From Zancudomyces culisetae HAW-14-8 (lineage: Eukaryota > Fungi > Kickxellomycota): DNA of 64,000 nucleotides. The notes under the pieces were generated by a model. The model was not told where the DNA came from. It made no database searches and saw only the letters and a program-made list of their open reading frames with translations. The translations under genes were made by a program, and so were the position numbers. Positions 24,882-37,542 of this stretch are shown here, piece by piece (position 1 is the stretch's first letter; each line of letters begins with the position of its first letter). The stretch is taken from NCBI GenBank assembly GCA_052426225.1, contig JBNJNM010000021.1, positions 2,480,001-2,544,000 on the forward strand, given 5' to 3'.

Positions 24882-26926
24882 TCATTGAGAAAAAATTTGA
24901 CATGCGTATTCAATTGGGCTAGACTGGGTGGTATCAGGATCGGCGTCCATTTTTTGGGAAAGGTCTTCGCCTTGGTGTCGCAAATTAATAGAGGCAAAGA
25001 AGCCAAGTTTTGAGCCCAGTGACAATCTGCCTGGATTTAGGAATAAGGTGCGACCATCAACCAAGGTTGAACAGAAAGGCTTTAGGGCAGAAGGAGTGAT
25101 GAGAATATTTGGGAGTTGCTCATCAATTAGATTGAAGTTGAATCCAGAGGCCAAAAGAGAGTTGGCCAGAGAGTATGAGATATTGCTGCTAGAAACAGGA
25201 AATAGAGAGCCCTGCTCAAGTATAAAAGAGGCTAGTCGATCTAACCTGCTTCCAGCACAGTTTTTGCTAACTTCGGTGGCGCTCAAATTCATAAGAACAT
25301 CGTTGCTACATACAGTCACTAGAACTGAGTCGTTGATAAGTATATGTGCTGGGTTTGGAGCAACCAGTACATCATTTGGAATCTTTAGACCTGCAGAATC
25401 AAGCGGGGGCTGTGGGAAACAGAAATATGGACTGACCAGATCGTCTACAGAAGGCACAAGTATGACCTTGCGGGACTCGCACAGGCGGTGCAACAGTGGG
25501 CTGATTATGGTGGTGAAACACTCAGATGGTGAAATGGGCGCCGAAGCAATCAATGGGTGAGACTGACTGACAAACGGACCAACAAGAACGACAACTGCGG
25601 GGTTTTTTTCCAGTGCTACATCCACGAACTCGACCAGTGGACCAAAAGACAGGTCAGAATTAAGAGTAAACGGACCGCAGCCGACCATTATCTCGGTATC
25701 AAATGCTGCAACCGCTCCATTTTTACCCGGTGTAATAGAGGTCGGAATAGGAGGAGGTAGTAGTTTCTGGGCAGTGAACATCGACCCATTAAGATTGGTT
25801 CCCAGTACACACACGTTCATCCCAGGAAAGACTGAGTAGGAATCTAAATTGGACAAATCCAGTGGGATGGATTTACCATTTCCCAATCGTCGTGATGAAA
25901 CAAGCTCAACCGCCTTTCCACCTGACACGTGAATACGCCCAACAATATAAACGGGTTCTTGGTGAGGGTATGATGGGTTTGAAAGAGTTGTAATTAGCTC
26001 TGAATAGCGTGCCTTTGTCATTACCGCAAAGTTGTCAGTGTAATGGTCCAGAACAGCAAGTTTGTCAGCAATATTTTCCATCATATATCGATAGGCGGCG
26101 TTGTTGGCACTATTTGAAGAAAGTGAGAGTATAACAGCTTTTATATCGGTAGTTTTGGCTTTTCTTTTCGTATTTCCAGCGTTTTCGATAGTGTTATCAC
26201 CACTCCCATTTACTCTACTATCACCAGCACCGTCGCCATCGCCAATACTCTGTGTTTTGCTTTCTGTAAAACTTTCGACATTGTAGCTTGTAAATACCTT
26301 GAACTCAACTTTCCTAAGGAAGGAATAGATAAATTTTTTATACATGATGTTATCCCTTTTGCTCAAATAAACGGCTCACATGGCCATACACATAAATAAA
26401 GTGAAATAAATTAGTTTGTACCAAATTAAACCAAACAAAATGACTTACCCTCCCTTGCGCTCATACTGAGTATTAAATAAATTGGTAGGGATCGGTAGTG
26501 ACGAAGGTAGGTTATCACCAAGTATAGATTTGACTATTTGACCACGTCTTCTACTGCCAAAACTAGAATTACTGTTATTGTTGCCATATTTCCTACCACC
26601 AAAATCACTATAATTTGACATGCTGTTTCCCACAGTCGCCTGGTTAAAATTGATACTATTCAAAAGCATTGCAACTAGCTCACTATCATCTTTATTACTC
26701 TCATTTTGTTGGGGCTTTGACTGTACATACGCGTATTTAACTTTTTCTGTTATGTCTTTAGGTTTAACACAGAGCGAACTTGACAGGTTTAAGACTATTC
26801 GACATACAAAATAGTTGTAGTTATAAACTCATCGCCAGCTAAACTAAATAACTCACCCTTTTTTGCAGTAGTTTCATTGATTTTCAATGGCAAAAACAGT
26901 TCCTGGATTGATTTTTCTGTATTCAT
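24882..26926 (-). CDS. POL12: DNA polymerase alpha subunit B (3 exons; ATG at 26926)
   Basis: YRYMME, VGRI, SRRLGNG, YSVFPG, GPFT, LVGPFV..HP, FPQPP, ILITPSALKPF, LNPGRL. Donors GTGAGT (26856) and GTAAGT (about 26448) join in frame. Confidence 0.95.
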
Positions 26927-27322
26927 TTTAATTGTCCTGTTACTTTCGTCAAGATGTTGTATTACGATCTACACCCTTGTATCTGAATTAGCATTAATAA
27001 AATATATCATATAATAAATGCGAAATGACCTAGGATATACACTGTCTGTTGGTGCTGCTTGAACAGGATTTGATCCAGTTTGGAAAAAATAAAGGACAAC
27101 TAAATACTTGACAAAAATCTTTTTTTTTTTTGCACAGTAAACAAAAGGTTTGTATCTACATAAACTTTATTGGCCAATAATTGCTAGCGTAAACAAATAA
27201 ATAAGTGTAATGTTTGGAGAGAAAAAGCTCCAAACTTGGCAAGAGTTTTGATTGAAAAAAAAAACTATAAACAATCCAAACGACAAAATAACAAAGAGGT
27301 TAAAGGAACAGAGTAGCGGGAG

Positions 27323-30142
27323 TTAGTTGTGCTGGTTATAGTTTTTGGGGTAATCATTAGGATATGGGCTTGGAGCATGCTCAGAATAGGGGTTATTGTT
27401 GTTAGCATACCCATTAAAGCCGTTAGTGCTGCTGGTGTGGATAGCGTTGCTTTTATTATATCTATTGGTGCTATCATTGTTGTTGTAATAGTTATTGTGG
27501 TGATTGTAATCGTTGTTGTGCAAATTTTGGTAGGTATTACTGGGGTTATCATATGATGTGCTGTTGTAATCGGCGTTATGCTCGTTATAGTTGTTATAAT
27601 AGCCGTTATTGTGGTTGGAATGTGTAGGAGAGCAGTTTAGGGGAGGAGAGTTGCGATGTACCTGGTTGGGAGGATAGGTAGAAGAGAATTCGAGTTCAGA
27701 ACCTGCATACTCCGACACATTGTCATTAAAGGGGTTAGCAAACAGGTTATGATGGTAACGATTTTGATCCGCAGCGGGGGTGTAAGCAGAATATAGTAAA
27801 TTGTCGTTTGATTGTGTATAGGAATGTGAATGATTCATGATTGATAGTTTGATAGGTTCGTTTTCAGTCATATTAGCGTCCTCGTTAACAGACTTTCCAT
27901 AGAAATACTGGATTTTTCCAGAGTATACAAGGGGCAAAAGGGACTCAAACTTCGAGGAAACAACGGGGATGAGCAAAGAGGAAGATAAAATGGGGTGTAA
28001 ATACCTGGTCTGGTCAGTTTTGGGGTCAATGCGTAAAGAAGAGGCCTCGGGTTGAGATACCATAGAATATCTCTTGGAGGAGAATACATAGCTATAAATA
28101 GCACGAACAATCAAGGTAATGAAAGGTAGCGGTGCGGTAAAAAAAGCAGGAGTTCGAGTCATTCCAAACTCGCCATATCGAATGTACATAGCCAAGGTTA
28201 TGTAAATCTGGGAAAAGATAAGAGCAAAGAACATTCGGTTTATGGCAAGAATAAACATTGAGGGTGCGTTCATTTGGCGGCAGTAGTTTACATACAAAAA
28301 GTTGTATTTGTAAACTGCGTAGCCAAAGTAGAAAAGAATGACACCAATTATTGAAATCAGAGGACTGTATACACAATACAACATACAAAGCGTAAACAGC
28401 CAGGTGTAGAAGGCATAAATCGGCGCCAACTGTTGCTCTTGAGGAAAAGTCAAATCGTATAATTCTCGTGGAGTCAGCGTGCGAAGGTATCTGTGAAAGT
28501 AAATTTTGAGAATCGAGACGGGATGAATGACTGCAAAGGCTGTTGAAATCGCTTTGAGCACAATATATGTTGCCCAGAACTGGCTATTAGTGTTGATGAT
28601 GCTTATCAAGGTCATTGGCATTGACAAAACCGCTGTCTGTGGAGTTTCTCCGTTTTTGACCATCTTCATAACAGTGTTTGTCAGGGTAAAAACAATGATG
28701 TTACTCAATATATAGAACACATATAGCTTCTTAAAGACTGATCTCTCTATTCCCGATTTCGTAATTATACCTTGCTTTCTACCCAACCAGCGAAGTATTA
28801 TAGGAACTATCAGTGCGTATGCAATCAGTAACCACGGAGTTACCACATACTGCCACAGATATGCAAATGCTTGGCTATTGTACAATTTTAAATTCGGGAA
28901 AAACTTGCTCAAGTTGTCTACGCTTGATATTGATGCTATAGTTGTTGTTGGTATAAAACTCAGCAATATCAACACAAAGCTTACAGCCCGATAAAACCAA
29001 CGTCGTCTGAAGCGATCACCTGGGCTCATCATTGCATTCTCCCACTGCACATCCTTTGGTGCTGGTGCCTCATAAAAGTACATCCCTCTTCTTATCGACG
29101 AGCCTGTTCGCTTCAATATCCTTCTTGCCTCCCGTGCCTCTTGTGGAGAGCCATAAACCAAAAATCCCATGTTTGTCTCCTTAAACTCTTCAACTTTTTC
29201 TCGGCCCACTGTTATTGCCAGCTCCAACGCCCTTAACTCTCTTTCATATTTTTCTATTTTGTCTACCTTTACTCCTTTTTCGCTAACCATTGGTCTTTTC
29301 GCTGTATTGTCCACTTTTCGTTTTAACATATACTTCTGCAATGCCTTTTCCAGTTCGCGTACGCCCTGTTCTTGCTCTTTCACCATCTGTGGTAGCATTC
29401 CAAGATTTCTCACCACATTTACTCCTACCAGCTCCACATTCTGCTTGGTGTGCATCATGATATATTCTCTTAGCTTCCTATCACTTTGAAGCTCTTCTGG
29501 TATGTTTGTGATCATTAAGCTTCGGCTGCTAACTTTTTTTTGATTTTGAATGCTGCCATAATACTCAAGTTCCATTTCTTTGTATTCTTTCATCCCCCTG
29601 TATACCAAGAAAAAAAAGACTAGTGTGAATACATAGGTAAATCCTATGTGCACAAGGTACCAGTCCAGGTTTATTATATGATACATTGTAAAATACAGGC
29701 ACCTAAACCCAGAAAACCCATCCTTTGCCACATTCACATTGTTTCCCTGAGTATAATTTATCGGAATTATCACAAATGCTCCAAAAAACGCTGTAAATCC
29801 TATAAACACTGCGCATAGCTTCATGAATCTCAGAAACATGTACCCCTCAAACCCTATTACCTCTCGCATCTCCCTTTTATTAATACCATAAACGGTTTTT
29901 ACAAACTCCAAGCCACCTTTTTTTAGTCGCGGTGCTCTTTTTTCTCCCATACTATTTTTATACTTTCTTGCGTAGATGGAGCCGTTATTTGGTCTCAAGA
30001 TCACAAATAATATTACTGTCACCAGGATAAAGGCTAGAATAACCCCTGACTGCTTAAGAAACGATAGTACAGACAACATGTTTCTGGTGCTCTGCTGAGC
30101 ATCAGAGAATATATCATCTATTATATTGTCGTTGTTTGCCAT
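27323..30142 (-). CDS. CSC1/OSCA/TMEM63 (RSN1-like) calcium-permeable mechanosensitive channel with an N/Y-rich low-complexity tail
   Basis: ILRPNNGSIYA, GFEGYMFLRF, IIPIN, SRSLMITNIP, APAPKDVQWEN, TPRE, YSPLI, VYKYNFLYV; about 11 TM segments. Confidence 0.92.
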   Translation of the reverse strand: MANNDNIIDDIFSDAQQSTRNMLSVLSFLKQSGVILAFILVTVILFVILRPNNGSIYARKYKNSMGEKRAPRLKKGGLEFVKTVYGINKREMREVIGFEGYMFLRFMKLCAVFIGFTAFFGAFVIIPINYTQGNNVNVAKDGFSGFRCLYFTMYHIINLDWYLVHIGFTYVFTLVFFFLVYRGMKEYKEMELEYYGSIQNQKKVSSRSLMITNIPEELQSDRKLREYIMMHTKQNVELVGVNVVRNLGMLPQMVKEQEQGVRELEKALQKYMLKRKVDNTAKRPMVSEKGVKVDKIEKYERELRALELAITVGREKVEEFKETNMGFLVYGSPQEAREARRILKRTGSSIRRGMYFYEAPAPKDVQWENAMMSPGDRFRRRWFYRAVSFVLILLSFIPTTTIASISSVDNLSKFFPNLKLYNSQAFAYLWQYVVTPWLLIAYALIVPIILRWLGRKQGIITKSGIERSVFKKLYVFYILSNIIVFTLTNTVMKMVKNGETPQTAVLSMPMTLISIINTNSQFWATYIVLKAISTAFAVIHPVSILKIYFHRYLRTLTPRELYDLTFPQEQQLAPIYAFYTWLFTLCMLYCVYSPLISIIGVILFYFGYAVYKYNFLYVNYCRQMNAPSMFILAINRMFFALIFSQIYITLAMYIRYGEFGMTRTPAFFTAPLPFITLIVRAIYSYVFSSKRYSMVSQPEASSLRIDPKTDQTRYLHPILSSSLLIPVVSSKFESLLPLVYSGKIQYFYGKSVNEDANMTENEPIKLSIMNHSHSYTQSNDNLLYSAYTPAADQNRYHHNLFANPFNDNVSEYAGSELEFSSTYPPNQVHRNSPPLNCSPTHSNHNNGYYNNYNEHNADYNSTSYDNPSNTYQNLHNNDYNHHNNYYNNNDSTNRYNKSNAIHTSSTNGFNGYANNNNPYSEHAPSPYPNDYPKNYNQHN

Positions 30143-32200
30143 TTTCCTTCTTTATTTTTTTTTTCTATATTTTTATGAGTTTAAATGTTTGTAAAGCTGA
30201 TGCTTTTTATAAATTCAAAACGCTTTATATCACCAAATGAGCCCCAATGATTCGATTTGCTATTTATGTCAAGCTCTTTTCGAATATCCTTCACTCAGTG
30301 TTTATTTCTTTTCCTATTTTCGAGTTCCGGAATATTCTATCAATTCAAGATATCCTTTATTGAGCTTAAAAAATTAAAAGCGCGTGTCTTTATTTAGCAT
30401 CGAACTCTTCAATAGATTCAGAACCCTCTTCTTTTTATATGTCTAAATCCCATAAGAATTCCCTCTTATATTGTGCGTATGCCCTATTTCGAGTTGCTAA
30501 TAATGAAATAATATGTATATCAGGTAGAAAGCGTTTTTTTAAAGTAGGTATTATCTGAGTTATTGTAGTTCTATGCTTTTCAATTCTGAATGAAAAGAAA
30601 ATCGTTTCAACCATACTTTATTTTTCCTTTCCAAGAATTTGCAACACTAGTTTTCCAGAATTCTCGGCTTTTATTTTTTGCGCCATTACTTAATCATTAC
30701 CTCTGAGTATTTTTGATCCTGTAAGCTTGCAGAATGATTCTATAATCAGTTTTGGGATTTATTACGAGATAACAAGCCAGATGGTAAATTGCCATTTATT
30801 TAGCTGGCTCTTAGTCACTTAATCCTGACCCAACCCTCCTAATCTTACCTAACTTGTTTTGATTGGCTTTTGATGGTTTTTGGGAATTGAATTGCAGAAG
30901 ATTTCGGATTCTTGAGAAAGCTCTTTAATTCTTTTTTTTTCAAACCAATACATAGTTGCATCAAACCCAGACTTGTTTCTAAGAATAATAAATACACAAT
31001 TGACTATAAATGCGTTTTTTTTCTTTTTGAATTAGTATTTTTTCATTACCAATGAATGAACAGAAAAAGGAAATTTTGACCACCTCCCCTTTGTCCACAA
31101 TACATTGACCATCAGCATCCTACATGTAAACATGCCTATTCCTATGAAAGAAGTTTAGCAAATTAATAGTGCCTACCAGCACTTGTGGTTATTATTGTAT
31201 TTTACAAATACATTTATTTATATGGTGACATTTATTTGGTAATTTTTCTGGGCAACAGAGGGAGTTATGGTGTACAATTGTTGGTTGTTTTGGGGCACTA
31301 GTTTGGACAATAATGAGCATTGTAAAATTTGGGAGCAAGTGTAGATGCGGGGACGGGAACAGAAACAGGAATATGGAAGAATAATATATTACCTCCAAAT
31401 GTAGGACCAATAAACAGCTGTTATACCAACAATGGTTGGTTGTTATTGAAACAGAACAAGAGGTTTTTTGCTTTATTTATTTTACTGATTTACACTTGAT
31501 GATTTACGCTATAAAGTTTTGGTTATTTGCCACACAAGTTTTATCACACCCACAAGAACAAGATTTAACCATAAGATTTCATCACATTTGGTATTGCATT
31601 ATGGAAAAGGGATTCGAGAAAAGTATATGGGCAATTTAAAAAAAATTGCTAAAACTATTAACCTGAGCTTAAAAAACTATAAAGATACGCACTATTAATG
31701 AATGTGCACTTACATCTAAGGACGCTCTTAGTGGTTTTTTTTTTGACTGCCCTTCTCAGTGCTAATAAAATGCGTCTACTCTGTCATTCCGACAAAAAAA
31801 TGCTCTCTTTATTATAAACCCATTAACAACGTCCACACCACAAATACATTTGTACAACTGTCAAATAGTGGGCAATGTAGGGTACACAAAGGTCTGGGAC
31901 CTTTAACGTTTCATGTATTGATTACATAAGATCTAAACCATTGTGCTGAAAAAACAAAAAAACGGGATCAACCCTCCCTCTCGCTCTGTAGTTGGTTAAT
32001 GCATTAGAATTGCAACATAAAAGTTATAATTACAGTTTGTTGAAAAAAATATATTGGGATTTCAAACACATTTCCTCTAAGTATGGCTCTTCTGTACCGA
32101 CGGCCCCGTTGAAGACAGAAACGCCATAAAAGCGGCGTTCAATAAAAAAAATATGAAAAAGAAATACAAATATGTTACAAGAAAAGGAGATAAAAATAGC

Positions 32201-33545
32201 CTAATGGTGGTGGTTTAAAGTAATCAAGGCAGGTAGAAACACACCAACACATAAACAGACAACCTGTGATGTGCTAAGTTTATGACTATGACCATGGCTA
32301 TGACTATAGCTATGGTTTTGATGTGTCTGGAGATTGTTACTATGGTGGTTATGAAAATCTCTAGAGCCAAATGTATTGTTTTTACTATTAAGATGGGTTT
32401 CGACACCATAGCCAATTTCATTTATATCAACTCTCGGTTGACTTGAAACAAAATAATTATCGGGCTGAACACAGCCTGATGCTACGGTGTGTGGAGAGGC
32501 AAGCGTGTCGTCAGATTGATGCGTCTCGTACTGTTTAATCCCAGACATGGCAATATCGATGTTATTACTATCACAACTGGCAGAAAGCATAGAGGCTTGT
32601 TCCATAGCCTCTGGAAATGCGTGGCAGAGAGCAACGTTCAGTAACATTCCTCCAGAAACCAGTAACATATATCCAGCGACTGCAGCTAGATTGATGCTCT
32701 CTCCTTTATTAGACCCCGATGAACTCAGTAGAAATAATGCTCTGAGTACAAAATTTGTTAACAAGGCACCTAATGGTGCAGCTATCGCGTAGACTAAAAG
32801 ATACCTTCTAATCCTTCTCCTGCTGTATCTAAGCTGAAGCAATGTTGTTACAAGCCCAAATGACTCCGGTGCTTTATGTAATATAAGCGCAAGGAAAATT
32901 ACCATTCCTACACTCGAATCCACCTTGTCCATAAGTGCAGCACCCATAGCGAATCCATCCGCCGAAGCGTGTGCCATTATTCCCACAAAAATGCTCGGAA
33001 ACTTTTCGTTCTCTGACTTATAAACTTTGTTCATAACCGAGTCTTCGTCCCTTAAATCGTGTTGAGAATGTGCATGGTTGTGGATGTGCGAACCATGGAA
33101 CATTTGATTTAGTAAAAACATAATCGCAAATCCGCCAAGTAGGCAAATGCTTATGAGAAAATCCTTGTGATCATTATCTAATGAGTTTGTAATAAGAAAA
33201 TATACATTAAAGAGCCATGAATTTATCTCTACTTTCTTGCCTTTAATGGTTTTTTTAAATATAAATATATATGAGTAAAAATGTATATCGAGAAGTGTGT
33301 AAAAGCAACAAAATAAATAACCCCTTACGTTCACCAGCGTGTCTTGCCCCCATGTTAGAAATCGACTGTATCCCCTCAGGTATAATTACACCCAAAGCGG
33401 TACCAGTAAGCATCCCAATCCCAAGCAATGTTACATAAATGAGATTTTTCTCCGTCAGGTGAAAAAATAGTGGGATACTTCCCGATACAAAGGAGCCCAC
33501 AAACATTGCCAGCGAGCATAGTAACAGTACAGATACACCATCCAT
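32201..33545 (-). CDS. ZIP-family zinc transporter, ZIP9/ATX2-like; exons 33545-33329 and 33177-32201
   Basis: GxGMLTGTALGVIIPEG, GIMAHASADGFAMG, ALILHKAPESFGL and His-rich loops. Intron 33328-33178 (GTAAGG...TAG) joins in frame. Confidence 0.92.
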
Positions 33546-34646
33546 GAGTTTTATGTGCTTTCTTTGTTTCTTTTACCCGTCTAATCTGGATTTTACACAA
33601 CTTATAGATATTAGAATACAGAAGTCTGTTTAATAATTTCTTGTCTTGTTTGTTGCTATGGGTTGATTAAGTTACTACTTTATTATGTATGTGATTTATT
33701 GAATGAGTGATGTTTAGATTTTTCTTATTGTTTTTAGCTGAGCCCTAAATGCAATTAATATCTCGTTTCATCAAAATCCATGGAAATTAGTGCCAAAAGA
33801 AATAACGATAAAAACATTCGGAAATTCTTGAACAATTGTCCGTTTTTTGTAACCTAATAGGGTTTTTCGCTACTTTTTTGCTGATTATGTAATTTCATTG
33901 TGCTCGCTGTTGTTTCATCAACTGACCTTTCTACTTCTAACTTTGTGTTCAATTTGGTTGGTAAAATCAAAATGGTATTGGGCTGTGACACACTGGATAA
34001 TTTTTGCGTGGTGTGTGGATGTAATTACTTTCAGAGCCCAGCATTGAGCCATTCATAAACAATGGTATGAATTGATGGCAAAAAATCATGCCTTTGTTTT
34101 GTCAATTGATTTGCAACTAATTTGATCATTTTTTATTGTAAATCATCTAGTGTGAAAATGAGCATCATTGTATTCTAAGTACTTTGTACAGACCATTTAA
34201 GTAGCAATTAGGTACGTTTTATAGTACACGCAAGAAAATGTTGTTATATAGGCATTCTAATAACTATACTGCAGAATCCAGAAAAAAAAAGTGAAAACAC
34301 ATGTGTTCTACGTTATAATTGTGCAAACTGAATTATTTTGCCTCGAACACCAATACTTTAATAACCATCCCCTCCTCTACCTATTCTCTACCTTTAGCCA
34401 TCAGTAAAATGATCAACATAGTGGAATATACTTTGATCTGTAGAAATTATTTTCAAAGTTAAGCCAAGATACTTATGAACGTGAGTAAAATTAGAAAAAT
34501 GTGTCGCATAGACCTACTGATCTTATGTTTTTGGAAATGGTGGTCTCTACAAGTTTTTTAGTAGTTGAAATTGTAATAATGGCTTTAATCGAAATCTTAA
34601 ACTGATAATCAGCTAGTAGATAAAATCAACCTATGTATTATTTAGT

Positions 34647-35220
34647 TCAGCACTCCAAGTAATGCTCAACGTGCGCTTCCCAGTTTCCAGAATACTCTAG
34701 ACACTTTGGGCACTGAGTCACATATGATAAATAGCTATAATCAATATGCTGTTGTAAACCATTTTCCCATCCCGTGCTTTTCCCACCTTTGATCGCCTCC
34801 TTTCTTCTTTTCTCTCTTCTATGTTGAAGTGATTAATCGTTATAGACTATTAAAGATAGACCAATATATCGATGTTGTGGTGCGTACTATCTGTGTAAAT
34901 AACCACGCAAAACAGGTTTGTTGAACAGCTTACATTTCGCTTACATCGAATCTAATAATCTGTGCGTTCCTTTTAACCACTCTTTGACTTTTTTTTAACT
35001 TTCCTAAGCCTGTAATTGTAAATGTGTGAGTGGGTATGTACCGGTGCATCACTGAGTCGATTCGATTAATATTGTACACAAGCTCCTTTCGCAATATCTC
35101 GAGGTACGCTCTACTGCCTGTAAAATTCTTGTAGCTACGTGTACAGCACTCCTGGCAGCTCGAAAGCAGTATATATCCAGCCGTTTCTCTCAACACCTGA
35201 TGAGTACACAGTTCAACCAT
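34647..35220 (-). CDS. Small hypothetical protein (about 116-121 aa) with a C-terminal CCHC zinc finger; exons 35220-35042, optional 34959-34945, 34818-34647
   Basis: The phase-2 donor after VMHR (GTACAT) joins the TAG acceptor at 34819 to give REKRRKEAIKGG...TQCPKCLEYSGNWEAHVEHYLEC*, i.e. C-x2-C-x12-H-x3-C. Confidence 0.65.
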
Positions 35221-36298
35221 TGTGTTTTTTTATAATACTATATGTATCTTGGTATAACGAGGAGGGAATGGTTATAGTCTGTGTAAAACAGATATATTAA
35301 GCTACATATGAAAACTGGAATCATATGAATGTAAATTTTTGTTTTTTTTGGGAGGAAAGGGGGTAGCTGGATATATGCATCCAATTGTTTATCAATTATA
35401 CAATGAGAAAGTAATGTAATATATGTAGTAGGTGAAAATAACAATTTAGACATGTTTTGGGGTAACTGAATTCAAAAGGAACTTTGATAAATGCCACCGT
35501 TTTCTACTTATTGAACACTGGCATCTTGCTCAGTAAAGACGCACTATTGTATTATCCACATTACACTAGAATGCACAAAAGGGAAGACCAAAACTAGTTG
35601 CGCCAATACACATAATTAATTCGGTAACGTATAATTGGAATCATTAGACTTATGTTATTGATATCTTTGTACTCGACAGAAATCTTGTAGCTTTGCATTA
35701 CGATGATTTTAACGTCTAGTAAAGAATATACATATCCCCATTCTACAATCATCCTTAACCTTGGGTGTGTGTTTTGACTAAAAACAAGAAAAAAACAAAA
35801 CAAAACAACGGCTTCCTCTATTATTATATCTTTTGTGGAATTCATTAGCAACAAGATACGAATTGTACAAGGCAGCACGTCTAAATGTGCTGCTAAATAC
35901 AGTCATATTCTCGCTAGAGTTGCTACACATCCCACTTTTTTACATTAAAACATAAAAAGTATAATAAAATTGTAAAACAAAAGGAATACACACTCTATTC
36001 CCAATACAGTCCACGTCAAAACAAGAAAAATACAAAGGTGATTAGAGCCGCGCATTATCCGACAAATGCTCAGCTTTCTATAAGGCTATAAAGTGGTGTA
36101 TTAATGTATTTCAATATGACAAGCGCGAGTATTCACAGCAAATGGGGGCTCGACTACAACAGTTGAGACTTTTTGCGTTTCCTTTTTGTGTAGATGGTTA
36201 AATGGCTAAAGAAAAGTTTGACAACCAAATAAATTTATATCATATAATCATTGGAAAAAAATTATTTATATAACCGTGAGCATTAAAAAGTGAAAAAA

Positions 36299-37221
36299 CT
36301 ACAAAATTGAGCAACCTCTCTTCTTTTTGGTCTTTGAAAGTAAAGCAGCGCGAGTAGCAGCCTCAAAAACTTCACGAACACCATCATTGGTTTTTGCTGA
36401 ACACTCGAGGTATTTAAAGGCACCAATTTTTTGTGCAACGGACATGCCCTATGATACAAATATGTTGTTAATGTATATTTCGTTTTAACAGATGGCTTCG
36501 AATATCGTAAATTATACAGAAACATACCTCTTCTGTAGTTACTGGATGCAATCCATTGCGTCTAAGATCCTCGATTGTGCGTGGGTCGTTACGTAAATCT
36601 TTTTTGCAGCCCACCAGGATTATTGGGAGACCAGCACAGAAATGTAGCACCTCCGCAATCCACTATTTATACAAATGATACGTGTACATTCGTTATTTCT
36701 GCCCACATATGGGTGCGCATGTGTGTATGCGAGTTCATGTGTGTTCATTAGTGAATTATAACAGAAATATACTTGGGCTAGAAAATAGTACATACCTTCT
36801 CTTGTACGTTATCTAAAGAATCTGGCGAATCTATTGAAAAACATATAAGAATGACATGGGAGTCGGGGTATGAAAGAGGGCGTAGACGATCGTAATCTTC
36901 CTGTCCTGCTGTGTCCCACAGTGTCAATTCAACATGACGGCCATCAGCCTCGACATCTGCAACATAGTTTTCGAATACTGTTGGAACATATACCTATTTT
37001 TTCAAAAAATTCTCGCCGTTTTTAGATTAGAGATACTTTTACCCAATTTTTAAATCATTAATATGCCGGAAGTTCGAATTTTAATACAAACAAATTAAAA
37101 AAACAACAATAAATCGATTTACCTCAGGGAATGTACCATTTGAAAACACAATCAAGAGACACGTTTTTCCACAAGCACCATCACCCACAATTACTAGCTT
37201 TCGACGAATTTCTGCGGCCAT
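36299..37221 (-). CDS. RHO1: Rho1 small GTPase (4 coding exons)
   Basis: [53 protein letters not shown], polybasic tail plus CAAX (KKKRGCSIL*). Confidence 0.98.
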
Positions 37222-37542
37222 CTATTTCAGTAATTATAACGTCAGCAACTATTTCCTTAAGCCCTTGTTCGTAGTTCTAAACGAATGTAAAAAAAAATAT
37301 TAAGAAAAGAATATCTGCTCTGCCCCCGCGGGTATTGTTGTCAAATATTCAGTCTTAGCAAAATGTAGAATTAAAGTCTGAAATTCAGAACCAGCCAAGA
37401 AAAAAATTGTTTAAAGAGTCAAACTCAGCAAAGTTGTGGATTAATTTTAGACTGTTGGATTTAATGTAGAATCAGTAATGACTAGCGATAAGGTCACCAC
37501 AGCAAAAATAAAATGTTTCAGGAATGTGTAATCCGGACTTAC
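37222..37542 (-). other. Probable 5'-UTR intron of RHO1 ending immediately before the ATG
   Basis: AG|GTAAGT donor at 37542, GCTGAC branch-like site, acceptor AAATAG|ATG. Confidence 0.6.

Noticed and set aside
34638-34652. Possible Cys-Sec readthrough (TGC TGA ACT AAA TAA) at the end of the CCHC finger gene
   Set aside because: No SECIS-like AUGA/AA/GA stem is visible downstream, and the finger is complete at the Cys.
36120-36160. AATGGGGGCTC resembling RNase MRP/P conserved region V
   Set aside because: No matching GAAAGTCCCC-type CR-I upstream; lies in the RHO1 3' region.
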